A stretch of DNA of 50,448 bases from assembly GCA_946554325.1 (NCBI GenBank), contig CAMNSB010000002.1, positions 1-50,448 on the forward strand, read 5' to 3'. The translations under genes and the position numbers were made by a program. Shown one piece after another: positions 1 to 10,132 of the stretch. The DNA comes from an uncultured Mycoplasmatota bacterium. GTDB taxonomy: Bacteria; Bacillota_I; Bacilli_A; RF39; UBA660. Below the pieces are notes generated by a model. That model ran no database searches. It was not told the origin of the DNA and was given only the letters and a program-made list of their open reading frames with translations. Position 1 is the stretch's first letter. Every line of letters starts with the position of its first letter.

Positions 1-61
1 TTGAGTCACTTTTCTTTATTTTTTTGTTTCACATCATTTACAAACGTACAATTTTGATAAC

Positions 62-84
62 AAAAAAACTCCTCTTTAGAAGTT
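62..84 (-). terminator. Putative intrinsic terminator downstream of gpmI
   Basis: Minus-strand RNA AACUUCU-AAAG-AGGAGUU (7 bp, one G.U) followed by a U-run (plus-strand A62-A66), about 30 nt after the gpmI stop. Confidence 0.4.
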
Positions 85-111
85 TTATTTTCCACAACTT
101 CTGTGGATATT

Positions 112-1611
112 TTATTTTTCAATTAAACTTTTTCCTGTCATTTCCACAGGTATTTCTAAATTCATCAATTCTAAAATGGTTGGAGCAATATCAGCAAGTT
201 TTCCAGGTACTAACTTCATATCTTTTTTGGTTACGATAAAAGGAACTAAATTTGTTGTATGCGATGTTATAACATTTCCCTCTTTGTCTAGCATTTCTTC
301 ACAGTTTCCATGGTCTGCTGTTACTATCATAATACCTCCTAACTCTTCTATCTTGTTGTAAATTTGTTCTAGACATTTATCCACCGTTTCTACTCCTTTT
401 ATGGCAGATTCTAAAACTCCTGTATGTCCTAACATGTCACCGTTTGCAAAATTTAGAATAATCAGGTCATAGTTTTCCATCTCTTTTAATAGGTTTTCTG
501 TAATCTCTTTGGCACTCATTTCTGGTTTTAAATCATATGTTGCCACCTTGGGTGAGGGAATTAGAATTTTTTTCTCATTTTTATAATCTATCTCTCGTCC
601 TCCATCAAAGAAGAAAGTAACATGAGCAAATTTTTCTGTCTCTGCTATTCTTAATTGGCTTAGTCCACATTTTTCTATATATTCTCCTAAGCCATTTTTT
701 AAGATTGGGTCACAGAAGGCATGGGCTGCTTTTACTGTTTTTACCACTGGCATCATTGTCACTACTTTTAAATTAGGAATTAGAGGTACCTTTAAGCCAT
801 TTTCCTCATTTGTGATGCAAGTGAGCATTTCGCGGAGGCGGTCTTTTCTATAATTGAAAACAATGACTCCATCATTTGTAGCAATATTTCCTTTTTCATC
901 ATAAATTCTCGGTTCAAAAAACTCATCGGTTATTTGTTCTTGATAACTTTCCTCTAAATCTTCTTTTATTGTCCTGCCTTTTCGACCAATATGATTTACT
1001 ATTGTGTCGTAAGAAGTTTTTAGGCGGTCGTAATTATTATCCCGGTCCATTCCATAGTATCTTCCACCAACGGTTGCTATTTTTCCAATACCTAGTTTTG
1101 CTATTTTTTCTTCTACCTTAGAAATATAAGTATAGGCACTTTTTGGATCTGTATCTCTTCCATCCGTAAAAAGATGCAAATATACTCTTTCTACCTTGTT
1201 TTCTTTACACATATCTAAAAGGGCCATCAAATGATTAATATGAGAATGTACCCCTCCATCGCTAATTAGGCCCATTAAGTGTAGTTTCGAATGCTTTTCT
1301 TTTACATGGGTGATGACATTTAGGAGTTCTTTATTTTGAAAAAAATTTTTATCTTCTATGCTTTTATTGATTAGTTCTAGTGGCTGGTAGACAATTCTTC
1401 CTGCCCCAATATTCATGTGTCCTACTTCAGAGTTTCCCATTTGGCCTTTAGGAAGCCCTACTTCGCATCCTGATGCAACAAGTGTTGTATGGGGATAGTT
1501 TTCCCAAAGCATGTTAAATATTTTATTATCAGCTTGGGACACAGCATTTCCATATTCTTCTTTTCTTAATCCATAGCCATCTAATATTGTTAAAATTACT
1601 GGTTTTTTCAT
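112..1611 (-). CDS. gpmI: 2,3-bisphosphoglycerate-independent phosphoglycerate mutase
   Basis: 499 aa ORF. N-terminal MKKPVILTILDGYG, SEVGHMNIGAGR and C-terminal TADHGN motifs are typical of iPGM. AAAGGAG RBS upstream. Confidence 0.93.
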   Translation of the reverse strand: MKKPVILTILDGYGLRKEEYGNAVSQADNKIFNMLWENYPHTTLVASGCEVGLPKGQMGNSEVGHMNIGAGRIVYQPLELINKSIEDKNFFQNKELLNVITHVKEKHSKLHLMGLISDGGVHSHINHLMALLDMCKENKVERVYLHLFTDGRDTDPKSAYTYISKVEEKIAKLGIGKIATVGGRYYGMDRDNNYDRLKTSYDTIVNHIGRKGRTIKEDLEESYQEQITDEFFEPRIYDEKGNIATNDGVIVFNYRKDRLREMLTCITNEENGLKVPLIPNLKVVTMMPVVKTVKAAHAFCDPILKNGLGEYIEKCGLSQLRIAETEKFAHVTFFFDGGREIDYKNEKKILIPSPKVATYDLKPEMSAKEITENLLKEMENYDLIILNFANGDMLGHTGVLESAIKGVETVDKCLEQIYNKIEELGGIMIVTADHGNCEEMLDKEGNVITSHTTNLVPFIVTKKDMKLVPGKLADIAPTILELMNLEIPVEMTGKSLIEK

Positions 1612-1623
1612 AGGTACTCCTTT

Positions 1624-2901
1624 CTAAATTTTCATATCATTTAGGCAAAATACTGCATAGATTGGTAAATAACGTACTTCTTTTTTTGTAGAAAAGTTAT
1701 TTTCTGTGATTCGATATGCATTTTTTACAGTAAATCTTTTCATAAAAATAGATAGTGACTTTGCTTTTGACATCGAACGGGTTGCAATTTCAATTGGTAT
1801 TACTTCTCCCATTCTATTTTGAATGACAAAGTTTACTTCCGCTTTTCCTTCTGATTGATAATAGTATAGAGAATATCCTGCTTCCATTAGCGTCTTTGCA
1901 ATGTGATTTTCATATAACGTTTCTTTCAGTTTTTCATCTGTTAGTAGTGTCTTCATTGATAAATGCAACATAGAGTATAAAAGACCATCATCTGGTAAGT
2001 ACAATTTAAAACTTTCTTTTTCCCTACAACTACTTAGGGGAGACTTTACTGCTTGAATTTTGTAACTACGATAGACAATTTGATTATCTACTAAGTATTT
2101 AATTGCTCCTTCATATTCTTTTGCCCGTCTTCCTCGCCCTAGTAAGCCATATTGGAATTTTTTGTTATCTTTTTTTAATTGATCTGGAATAGAGCGAAGT
2201 ACTTCTATTCCACGGCTAATATCAATCAAAGTAGGATTTAGGGAAATTTCTGCTTTATAAGCATCTAGTGTTTTTTGCTTAATAGCATCTAATCTTACTT
2301 CATTGTATCCTTCTTTTTCTTTTAAGACTACTTCTGGTAGTCCCCCTGTTTTTAAATATTCATAAAAATAATCTAGTGCTACTTTATGAAAAGGACAGGT
2401 TTTATGTTTTTCAAATGATTCTCTTATAAGACTTGCTAATTGATGTTCATCATGTGCCCATAAATACTCTTCAAAGTCCATCTCACTCATTCCTTTAAAT
2501 TGTAATTCTTCCCCTTTAAAAATATTTAGATTTTCACGATGGGATGTTATTAATATAATGTGATAATCTCTTCTTTCACTTCCTATTAACTTTAATCCCT
2601 TTACTATTTCTAGTTCACTGATATTATCGAATACTAAAAGAGTATCTTCTTTTAAAATGGTTTCTTTTGACATTAGGGAAAGATTTAAAATTAATTTATC
2701 AGGTGACTTTTCTTTTTTAAATAATTCTAGAAGTTCACTATTTGTACTACAATTAAAATACACTACATTTTTATAGTTTTGACTTCCAAATTCTAATGTG
2801 GTGAATGTTTTGCCGATTTGTCTTGGGCCATAAACTAATAGGGGTTTTCTAATTAAATCATTTTTCCATTTGTGAAAGTACTGCATTATTTTTCGTTCCA
2901 T
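1624..2901 (-). CDS. AAA+ ATPase, DUF4143-type
   Basis: 425 aa. Walker A GPRQIGKT close to the N-terminus; length and layout match AAA_14/DUF4143 ATPases. AGGAGG RBS 9 nt before the ATG. Confidence 0.65.
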   Translation of the reverse strand: MERKIMQYFHKWKNDLIRKPLLVYGPRQIGKTFTTLEFGSQNYKNVVYFNCSTNSELLELFKKEKSPDKLILNLSLMSKETILKEDTLLVFDNISELEIVKGLKLIGSERRDYHIILITSHRENLNIFKGEELQFKGMSEMDFEEYLWAHDEHQLASLIRESFEKHKTCPFHKVALDYFYEYLKTGGLPEVVLKEKEGYNEVRLDAIKQKTLDAYKAEISLNPTLIDISRGIEVLRSIPDQLKKDNKKFQYGLLGRGRRAKEYEGAIKYLVDNQIVYRSYKIQAVKSPLSSCREKESFKLYLPDDGLLYSMLHLSMKTLLTDEKLKETLYENHIAKTLMEAGYSLYYYQSEGKAEVNFVIQNRMGEVIPIEIATRSMSKAKSLSIFMKRFTVKNAYRITENNFSTKKEVRYLPIYAVFCLNDMKI

Positions 2902-3031
2902 AAAGTGTGTCCTCCTAACATATTCATTAAATTAAGTATACTATTTGTTGCAAATTCCGTCAAGTTCTGACGATTGACAAAATTCGCGGTTTTTAGCAAA
3001 AATAAAAAAGACTACTACTGCTCGTCCCTTC

Positions 3032-3808
3032 CTATTCGATACTACTGGGTTTATGAAATTCGAGTCTTAGTTTGTCAGCGACTGTGACAATAAACTCGGA
3101 GTTTGTGGGTTTTGCTTTGTCAATATCGACACTATGTCCAAATATTTCTTCCATCAACTGCCAGTTACCACGATTCCAACTTACTTCGATAGCGTGTCTG
3201 ATTGCTCGCTCTACGCGTGAGACTGTGGTATCAAATTTCTTTGCAATATCTGGATATAGTTCTTTCGTAATTCCTCCGATTACTTCAGGGCGGTCATAAA
3301 GCATTTGAATTCCTTCTCGGATATATTGATATCCTTTGATGTGAGATGGCACTCCTAACTCGTGCAGTGTTTTCGTAATTGAGATTTGTAAATTATTGTG
3401 ATAGACATCGATTGATTTACTACCAAATTTACTTCCCTCCATTACCTCTTCTACTCTCTTTTCTAAGTCATCTAGTTCAAATGGCTTTAGTATAAAGTAA
3501 CTGATTCCTAGTTCTGATGTTTTTCTTATCATATCTTGTGCATTATAAGAGGTTAATATAATTACTTTCTTATCAATTTTCTTCTTACGCATTTTTTCTA
3601 AGACATATACGCCGTCTTTTTTCGGCATGATTAGGTCTAAGAGTATTAAGTCATATTCATCTCTTTTCTTATCGATAAGATTAAAACCATCCTCTCCATT
3701 ATGTGCACGTAATGTTACTTTAATATCTGCGTGTTTACTAAAAAATTCGGTAACCATGTTTACTAATTCCACATTGTCATCGACCATTAATATTCTTGTC
3801 TTTTCCAT
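3032..3808 (-). CDS. spo0A: Sporulation master regulator Spo0A (response regulator)
   Basis: 258 aa. Receiver domain (MVDDN..., [11 protein letters not shown]) plus Spo0A-specific C-terminal DNA-binding domain ([35 protein letters not shown]). Confidence 0.9.
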   Translation of the reverse strand: MEKTRILMVDDNVELVNMVTEFFSKHADIKVTLRAHNGEDGFNLIDKKRDEYDLILLDLIMPKKDGVYVLEKMRKKKIDKKVIILTSYNAQDMIRKTSELGISYFILKPFELDDLEKRVEEVMEGSKFGSKSIDVYHNNLQISITKTLHELGVPSHIKGYQYIREGIQMLYDRPEVIGGITKELYPDIAKKFDTTVSRVERAIRHAIEVSWNRGNWQLMEEIFGHSVDIDKAKPTNSEFIVTVADKLRLEFHKPSSIE

Positions 3809-3841
3809 TTCTTCTCCTTCCCTATACTACCACGCATTTTC

Positions 3842-3897
3842 ATTATATAACATTATGTCGGAAATTGGTAGAGAAAAAAAAGACAAGTTTTGTCGAA
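3842..3897 (-). promoter_or_regulatory. Candidate spo0A promoter with 0A-box-like heptamers
   Basis: Minus strand TGtTATATAAT (TG-extended -10 candidates, 3842-3852) about 35 nt upstream of the spo0A ATG. Plus-strand TGTCGGA (3856-3862) and perfect TGTCGAA (3891-3897) match the Spo0A box consensus TGTCGAA. Confidence 0.4.
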
Positions 3898-3903
3898 ATG
3901 CGT

Positions 3904-4587
3904 CTAGCACAGCTCTAGGAAAACTTGCAGTTTTTCTAATTTTAGGCTTAATCCTCCTAGGAGGTAGCCCTCTATATGTTTACTTGTTTTTAAGTATTCG
4001 ATATTTTCATCACTCACACTTCCACCATATAATAGGGTAGATTTTGGACAAGAAAAGCGAATAGATGTTAGAGCTTCGTCTAACTCTTCTATGGTAGGAA
4101 CCAGCCCTGTTCCAATTGCCCAAACTGGCTCATAAGCTATCATTATGTTTTTTGTTTCAAAAGAATTAAGAATAGATAGTTGTCTTTTAATCACTTCTAG
4201 TCTCTCTCCTTTATTCCTTTCCTCTTTTGTTTCTCCTACACATAAAATAGGTGTTATCCCTTGCTCTAGTAGCTTTTCTATTTTTTTCTTTATCTCTTCT
4301 TCTGTTTCTTTATGCTCTTTTCTTCTTTCACTATGACCAACAAGTGCATATTTTACATTTAAGCTTTTTAATTGACTTGAGGCAATATCTCCTGTATGAG
4401 CACCTGTCTCATAGATTGATGCATCTTGTGTTCCTAGGGCAACATTTTCAAGATTAAATAGGGCGAGATAAGGACTACTTGGGCACACTACTAGTGAATG
4501 GGATGTTTTTATCTTTGAAAACTCCCGTTGATAGTTTAAAAATTCATCTTTTGTTAAATTACATTTATGGTTTAGTACAATTTTCAT
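3904..4587 (-). CDS. tpiA: Triosephosphate isomerase (short, divergent N-terminus)
   Basis: 227 aa. Catalytic motifs VGHSERR and AYEPVWAIGTG are present. The N-terminal motif reads NHKCN instead of the usual GNWKMN. Confidence 0.85.
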   Translation of the reverse strand: MKIVLNHKCNLTKDEFLNYQREFSKIKTSHSLVVCPSSPYLALFNLENVALGTQDASIYETGAHTGDIASSQLKSLNVKYALVGHSERRKEHKETEEEIKKKIEKLLEQGITPILCVGETKEERNKGERLEVIKRQLSILNSFETKNIMIAYEPVWAIGTGLVPTIEELDEALTSIRFSCPKSTLLYGGSVSDENIEYLKTSKHIEGYLLGGLSLKLEKLQVFLELC

Positions 4588-4712
4588 ATTCTTTCTCCTT
4601 TTTTTGCTTTATAGTTCCACATTATGACACCATATATATTAATTAGTAGATAACTAGTAGAGGTCAGTAACATCATAAGGGAATTATTGCCACCATTTAT
4701 TACTACTATGAT

Positions 4713-5246
4713 TCAAATAATGAGATCAATAATATTGTTGATTAACCATAACCACCAGGATTCTTTGAATCTTAATATCATTAAAACGATACCACATAGA
4801 TTAATGCAGTTAGAACTTGCGTCTAATATTGCTAATTGCTGATTTGGAATGAGAGTTAATAAGTACCCAAGTAGGAGGCTTCCAAGTAGACAAGATAATG
4901 TAATTATCATAGAGTTTCTTGGCGTAAACTCTCTTACCTTTACATTTTCTTCTTTATCTAAGTTTTTATTCCACGCTAAGAAACCTTTTATTTGAAGTGG
5001 TGCAAAGATTAGTATGTAAAAGAAAAAGATGCCAAATAGGTGGTTTTTTAGTGATACATAGCCCATTAAAGAATAGTTAATTAATCCAAATATATAATTT
5101 ATCTTTTTACCTTCACTTGCAAAATAAGCATTTAATAAGCCTGTTGCTAGAATAGCGTTTCCTAATAAGGGATCTTTTGTAAACACACCTACTAGAGACG
5201 AAAAAGCTATACAAACTATTGAAATTATTAAATACTTCTTTTGCAC
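4713..5246 (-). CDS. pnuC: Nicotinamide riboside transporter PnuC-like membrane protein
   Basis: Multi-TM ORF ending KESWWLWLINNIIDLII, resembling the conserved PnuC C-terminal W/N motif. I moved the start from the ORF-track 5309 to GTG 5246, which lies 8 nt after AGGAGAG and removes the overlap with the upstream gene. Confidence 0.6.
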   Translation of the reverse strand: MQKKYLIISIVCIAFSSLVGVFTKDPLLGNAILATGLLNAYFASEGKKINYIFGLINYSLMGYVSLKNHLFGIFFFYILIFAPLQIKGFLAWNKNLDKEENVKVREFTPRNSMIITLSCLLGSLLLGYLLTLIPNQQLAILDASSNCINLCGIVLMILRFKESWWLWLINNIIDLII

Positions 5247-5265
5247 ATATTTCACTCTCCTGTTT

Positions 5266-6126
5266 TTACATAAAATTTTTACTAATCCACTGATAGAGCA
5301 AATTACCAATTTCTAATTCTTTTTCTTGATATGTATGTCCTGTATTTTCTATTATTTTATATTCGAAATTATTACAGTTACAAGCTTTTTCTTTTAACAG
5401 GTTAAGTTGTAAGTAAAATTCTTCTTCATTGGAACCAGAAAATGTCAGTATGGGAATATCTATTGTTTTAAATTGTTTCCAACTTTGCACGTTATTTATG
5501 ATTGGTAAATTGTTTAGGTTTGAATTTTCGTTGTACCAGTTATTATATGTTCTAGAGCTCATATACATATAATCTTCTACTTGTTTATGAAGAAGTTTTT
5601 CTGGCTTTTTATTCTCTATATTTTCTTTTGCTTCATTTAATAATTCATTATAATCAGGCTGTAACATTTTATGACTTCCTACCATATCTGGAGCACTGGC
5701 TAATATCATTCCTAAAATAGTAGGATGTTTTTTGTAATAATAGTAAATAACTTTATTACATCCATAACTATGTCCTAATAGTATTATTCTTTGATATCCC
5801 TTTTTCTTTGCTATTTCTATTGCTAAGTCAATATCGTAAATACAGTCTTCGAAGATCTCATACATACAACCACATCTTTTGAATGTTCCATCTTTCATTT
5901 CTATATCATTTTCAATAGAATGACCTCTATTATGTTCATACAAAAAGCCAATATTTTTTTGTGATAACAATTTTCCCCATACTGTTGCAAAATAGTTATC
6001 TATTATCGTTGCACACATGCCATGAATACAAACTACGCAAATATCCTTTTTACTACTTTCAAAGTGTACCATAGGTAACTTTAATCCATCTTTTGTATAA
6101 GCATTACTGATAAATTCAATGTTCAT
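5266..6126 (-). CDS. Alpha/beta-fold hydrolase
   Basis: 286 aa. GHSYG nucleophile elbow, VCIHGM oxyanion-type motif, C-terminal NTGH. No signal peptide. Confidence 0.7.
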   Translation of the reverse strand: MNIEFISNAYTKDGLKLPMVHFESSKKDICVVCIHGMCATIIDNYFATVWGKLLSQKNIGFLYEHNRGHSIENDIEMKDGTFKRCGCMYEIFEDCIYDIDLAIEIAKKKGYQRIILLGHSYGCNKVIYYYYKKHPTILGMILASAPDMVGSHKMLQPDYNELLNEAKENIENKKPEKLLHKQVEDYMYMSSRTYNNWYNENSNLNNLPIINNVQSWKQFKTIDIPILTFSGSNEEEFYLQLNLLKEKACNCNNFEYKIIENTGHTYQEKELEIGNLLYQWISKNFM

Positions 6127-6136
6127 AATTCATCCT

Positions 6137-7363
6137 CTAATTCCTTTTTATTTTTTCGTGAAGCTTAGAAATGAGTCCAAAGCGATATTTTTTCTTTTCT
6201 TTAATCGCACGTTCATACACTTCCAACACTTGGTTTGCGTAATGACTTGTTCCACAATGCTCTGCTTGAATGCGTGCCTGTTTTGCAAAGTAGGCTCTTT
6301 TCGTTTTATCGTTGTATAAGTCCAGTACTTGTTTTTGGTATTCTTTTTCTGTCTCAAAAAACTTACCATTTAGGTCATCTGTCATCATGGAGATAAATGA
6401 CTCATCCTTCATACAAAGTGGTACAAGGCCTGAAGCCATTGCTTCAATTACCGTTAGTCCTTGTGTTTCTGTTTTAGATGCTGTTGCAAATAGGTCTCCA
6501 CAATGATAATAATATGGAATATCTTCCCAGGCAACTTTATCAGTAAATAAAATATTTTTGGTTAGTCTGTTTTCTTTTGTGTATGATTCGTATTTTTCCT
6601 TATCTGGTCCATCGCCTACGATTAAAAGTTTGATGTTGGCGTGTTTTTTTACTAGTTCTCTTTGAGAATTCAATAAAAACTCGATATTCTTCTCTTGGGC
6701 GAGGCGTCCTACAAATACAATCGTAAAATCTCTTTTTGTAAGTCCTAAATGTTTTTTTATTTCTTGTACTTTTCTTTGATTTATATTTTCTTCGAAAAAA
6801 CGTTCTACTTCGATGCCTGTTGGAATAATATGAACATTTTTTTCAAACTTGTATTTTTCTTTAAATAATTTATACGTCTTATTGGTTGGTACGATTAGTT
6901 CTGTTGCTGTTGTTTCACAATAAAACTTGGTAAAGTATTCCACTAGTTTCTTGCTTGACTTTTGAAAGTATCCTTTTGTTATATAGTGAATATAGTCCTC
7001 ATACATAGTGTGATAGGTATGAACTAAGGGAATGTTATACTGTTTTGCAAAAAGACGAGCGAAGGTTCCTATTGCAAACTCTGTTTGTGAATGAATCACA
7101 TCTAGATTCCAACTTTTGATTTTGTTCACAGCCACAATTGGATAAATACTTGTTAAGCGAGAATCATAAATCCCTGTTGGAATGCCAGGAATTCTGAGAA
7201 TTTTTTCTTCCTCATTATATTCATATTTAAAGTCTATCAAATTTGCTGTTACTACATAGACAGTATGCCCTTTTTTCTCTAAAGCTTTTTTTAACATGAT
7301 TTCACTAGTAACTAGTCCACTAATATATGGTGTATATGTTTCTGAAAAAATTCCTATTCGCAT
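6137..7363 (-). CDS. GT4-family glycosyltransferase (glycolipid synthase-like)
   Basis: 408 aa. GT-B/GT4 E-x7-E signature (ETQGLTVIEAMASGLVP). Overlaps the upstream membrane-protein gene by 10 nt. Confidence 0.8.
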   Translation of the reverse strand: MRIGIFSETYTPYISGLVTSEIMLKKALEKKGHTVYVVTANLIDFKYEYNEEEKILRIPGIPTGIYDSRLTSIYPIVAVNKIKSWNLDVIHSQTEFAIGTFARLFAKQYNIPLVHTYHTMYEDYIHYITKGYFQKSSKKLVEYFTKFYCETTATELIVPTNKTYKLFKEKYKFEKNVHIIPTGIEVERFFEENINQRKVQEIKKHLGLTKRDFTIVFVGRLAQEKNIEFLLNSQRELVKKHANIKLLIVGDGPDKEKYESYTKENRLTKNILFTDKVAWEDIPYYYHCGDLFATASKTETQGLTVIEAMASGLVPLCMKDESFISMMTDDLNGKFFETEKEYQKQVLDLYNDKTKRAYFAKQARIQAEHCGTSHYANQVLEVYERAIKEKKKYRFGLISKLHEKIKRN

Positions 7364-8376
7364 CTTTTTTTACTCCCTTCATCCATATTAAATACAATGG
7401 CACCTATAATCATTGGTAAATAATATGTGATAAATCTCCAGACTAGTAAAACCGCACTAGTGACGCCACTTGATAAAAATGAGTGAAAGAAACTTAAAAA
7501 CCCATACTCAATTCCACCACTCGCTCCTGGTATTGGAACAAAAGAACCTACAATCAGAACATAAGCAGAGGTTACCATAGATTTTGCCATTGTTAGGCTT
7601 TTAAAATCTCCTAGAGAATATACAATAAAGAGAGGGACAAGATAGAAACAGGCAAGGCTTAATAGATTTAAAAGTACGCCTACTATGGCAAGTAATTTTT
7701 TTTGTTTTAAGTCTTGAGTACTTTTGTGAAATTCTGTAATTCTATCTTTCCATCGTTCTTTCGCCTCTTCCTTATTCTTTATTACTTTTAATTTTGATAA
7801 GATGTTAATGCCATGATAGATGATATAACTTGTTACCTTTTTAGAAAATGCTAGGATAAACAAAAATACTGCAACTAATGTATTTATTAGAAATCCTAAT
7901 AAAACTAAATTTCTTAAGATGGGACTGTTTTGAAAGAGATGAAATTTTGCGTTGTAAATAACAGCAAATAGACCAAATAGTACTAATGCCACTTGGTAGA
8001 AGATAAAGTTTTGCATGATGAAATTAGTCCCCTGGCTAATACGAATCCCATGTTCTTTTAGCATGTAGACTTCCATTGGTTGTCCACCTGTAGAAAATGG
8101 CGTAATGCCGTTAAAGAATTGGACAATTACACTATGTTTTATTGCTTCTTTTAAAGAATACTTCTCTTTTTCATTTACTACTTTATAGGAGACTATTCCT
8201 TTTAAAATAATGGATAGGAAAAACACAAAAACGGCAAGTAGTAAGTATTTATAGTCCATATTTTTTAAAGCATTTATAGTACTTGCAAAATCTTCTTTTA
8301 GGACTAATACTAATACTAGTAGTGTGATTAATAATATTAAGATTGTATTTTTTCTGATGTTTTTTATTATCTCCAT
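7354..8376 (-). CDS. Flippase-like (UPF0104 / LPG-synthase TM-domain type) membrane protein
   Basis: 340 aa with about 8 hydrophobic segments and a basic central loop. This architecture is typically paired with GT genes. Overlapping stop/start on both sides suggests an operon. Confidence 0.55.
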   Translation of the reverse strand: MEIIKNIRKNTILILLITLLVLVLVLKEDFASTINALKNMDYKYLLLAVFVFFLSIILKGIVSYKVVNEKEKYSLKEAIKHSVIVQFFNGITPFSTGGQPMEVYMLKEHGIRISQGTNFIMQNFIFYQVALVLFGLFAVIYNAKFHLFQNSPILRNLVLLGFLINTLVAVFLFILAFSKKVTSYIIYHGINILSKLKVIKNKEEAKERWKDRITEFHKSTQDLKQKKLLAIVGVLLNLLSLACFYLVPLFIVYSLGDFKSLTMAKSMVTSAYVLIVGSFVPIPGASGGIEYGFLSFFHSFLSSGVTSAVLLVWRFITYYLPMIIGAIVFNMDEGSKKRCE

Positions 8377-8816
8377 TTTGTCGCTTCTCTTTCTTTTATA
8401 ATTGGTTTATCCTTTACAAAGGTTTCCATTTTTTCTTCTTCTCCTAGATATTCGTATCCTAATCTGTTTAATGTATGAATCATACTTTTATCTTCTTTTT
8501 CAGCAAAAACAAAAGATTCTTCCATATCCATTGAATCTAGTGCATAGTCTGTGGCAATACCTATCATTCTTCTTGGACCTTCTTTTTTGATTTTTGGAAA
8601 AGTTAAGATACAACTTCTAATATCACTATTTGCGGTAATATTACAACTATCGATAATATCAAAGTCTTTTAATAAATAAAGACTTTCATTTATGGTCCCA
8701 TAGTTTTTAGCAATACTTGATTCCATTAAGGGATGCTCTTGTTCAAAAGCTAGGACTGCATTTAGTTCTAATAAAGCACCTGTTGGTTTTCCGACTAATA
8801 ACTTTTCTCTACTCAT
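8367..8816 (-). CDS. Hypothetical protein (first gene of the flippase-like/GT4 operon)
   Basis: 149 aa ORF that overlaps the downstream gene by 10 nt. No motif I can name with confidence. Confidence 0.45.
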   Translation of the reverse strand: MSREKLLVGKPTGALLELNAVLAFEQEHPLMESSIAKNYGTINESLYLLKDFDIIDSCNITANSDIRSCILTFPKIKKEGPRRMIGIATDYALDSMDMEESFVFAEKEDKSMIHTLNRLGYEYLGEEEKMETFVKDKPIIKEREATKWR

Positions 8817-8824
8817 AATTCCCC

Positions 8825-10003
8825 CTATTTTATCGCTTCAATGCCTGGTAGACTTTTTCCTTCTAAATATTCAAGAGTTGCTCCTCCTCCTGTTGAGATG
8901 TGATAGATTTTATCTTCTACCTTTGCATTTTTTGCTGCGGCTACAATATCGCCTCCACCTAGTATTGTCTTTATATTCTTTTCTGCTAGATTATTTAATA
9001 CTTCATTTGTTCCTAATTTGAAGTTTTCTAACTCGTAGACACCAAGAGGTCCATTCCATAGTACCAGTTTAGCATCTTTTAGATGATTTTTAAATATTTC
9101 TATTGTTGATGTGCCAATATCTAGTCCTATATCGTCAAAGTCTAGTTCATCAATACCTTTTTCTGTTACTGGAGTTTCATCACTAAACTCACTTGTTACT
9201 TTAAAATCTACTGGTAGTATTATTTTTTCTGGATACTTTTTTGTTATTTTTTCACAAAAAGATAAGTGTTCATTATCACAGATAGAGTTTCCAATTTCAT
9301 AGCCTTCTGCTTTTAGAAAGGTAAAGGCCATCCCTCCTCCAATTAAAATTTTATCGGCTTTTGCTACTATATTTTCTATTACACCAATTTTATCCCCTAC
9401 TTTGGAACCACCTAAAATTACAATAAATGGTTTATTGGGGCAATTTAATTCTTCTAATGCACTCAATTCTTTTTCTATTAGAAAACCAATGCAGCTTGTT
9501 TTGATGTGGGAGGCAATTCCAACATTAGAGGCATGGGCACGATGTGCTGTTCCAAAGGCGTCATTTATAAAAATATCAGCAAGATGAGCCCAATAAGCAC
9601 CTAATTCTTCATCATTTCCGCTCTCTTTTTTTCCTTCTATATCTTCAAATCTTGTATTTTCTAAAAGAAGGACTTCACCTGGTTTTAGGCTACTTACTTT
9701 TTTCTCTACCTTTTCTCCTCTAGTCTCTTCTATAAATGTTATTTTTTGTTTTAAAAGTTTTTCTAACTCTTTGGAAACAGGTTTTAATGATTTTTCTTTT
9801 TTATCTTCTTCTGTTTTTACACGTCCTAAGTGAGAAAGAAGAATTACTTTTGCTTTTTCTTTGATGCAATACTTTATCGTCTCTAAACTTTTTTCAATGC
9901 GAGTATTATCGATTATTTTCCCTTTTTTTAGTGGAACATTAAAATCACAACGAATGATTACTGTTTTATTTTTCATATTTACATCTTTTAAACACTTTTT
10001 CAT
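8825..10003 (-). CDS. pgk: Phosphoglycerate kinase
   Basis: 392 aa. IRCDFNVP N-terminal motif and C-terminal ISTGGGATLEYLEGK. GGAGG RBS 7 nt upstream of ATG 10003. Confidence 0.93.
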   Translation of the reverse strand: MKKCLKDVNMKNKTVIIRCDFNVPLKKGKIIDNTRIEKSLETIKYCIKEKAKVILLSHLGRVKTEEDKKEKSLKPVSKELEKLLKQKITFIEETRGEKVEKKVSSLKPGEVLLLENTRFEDIEGKKESGNDEELGAYWAHLADIFINDAFGTAHRAHASNVGIASHIKTSCIGFLIEKELSALEELNCPNKPFIVILGGSKVGDKIGVIENIVAKADKILIGGGMAFTFLKAEGYEIGNSICDNEHLSFCEKITKKYPEKIILPVDFKVTSEFSDETPVTEKGIDELDFDDIGLDIGTSTIEIFKNHLKDAKLVLWNGPLGVYELENFKLGTNEVLNNLAEKNIKTILGGGDIVAAAKNAKVEDKIYHISTGGGATLEYLEGKSLPGIEAIK

Positions 10004-10069
10004 TTCGAATCCTCCATTTTCTTTTTCATTATAACATACATCTTTCTTTTAGAGCAAAAAATTAAATTG

Positions 10070-10093
10070 AAAAAGGCGACTTTATAGTCTCCC
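10070..10093 (-). terminator. Possible weak terminator/attenuator between gap and pgk
   Basis: Minus-strand GGAGACU-AUAA-AGUCGCC (one A.G mismatch) followed by U5. Confidence 0.3.
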
Positions 10094-10132
10094 TCTTCTT
10101 TTTTATCTTTACCTATTTCATCAGAGCTACGT

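Noticed and set aside
3627-4040. Plus-strand ORFs lying antisense within minus-strand genes. Examples are 3627..4040, 18536..18904, 28100..28462, 29026..29337, 30317..30655, 38748..39093 and 47598..47933.
   Set aside because: They overlap well-supported genes on the opposite strand. Their translations are low-complexity and Phe/Ser/Leu/Ile-rich, as expected from the antisense of AT-rich coding sequence. They lack RBSs and recognisable motifs, so I treat them as shadow ORFs.
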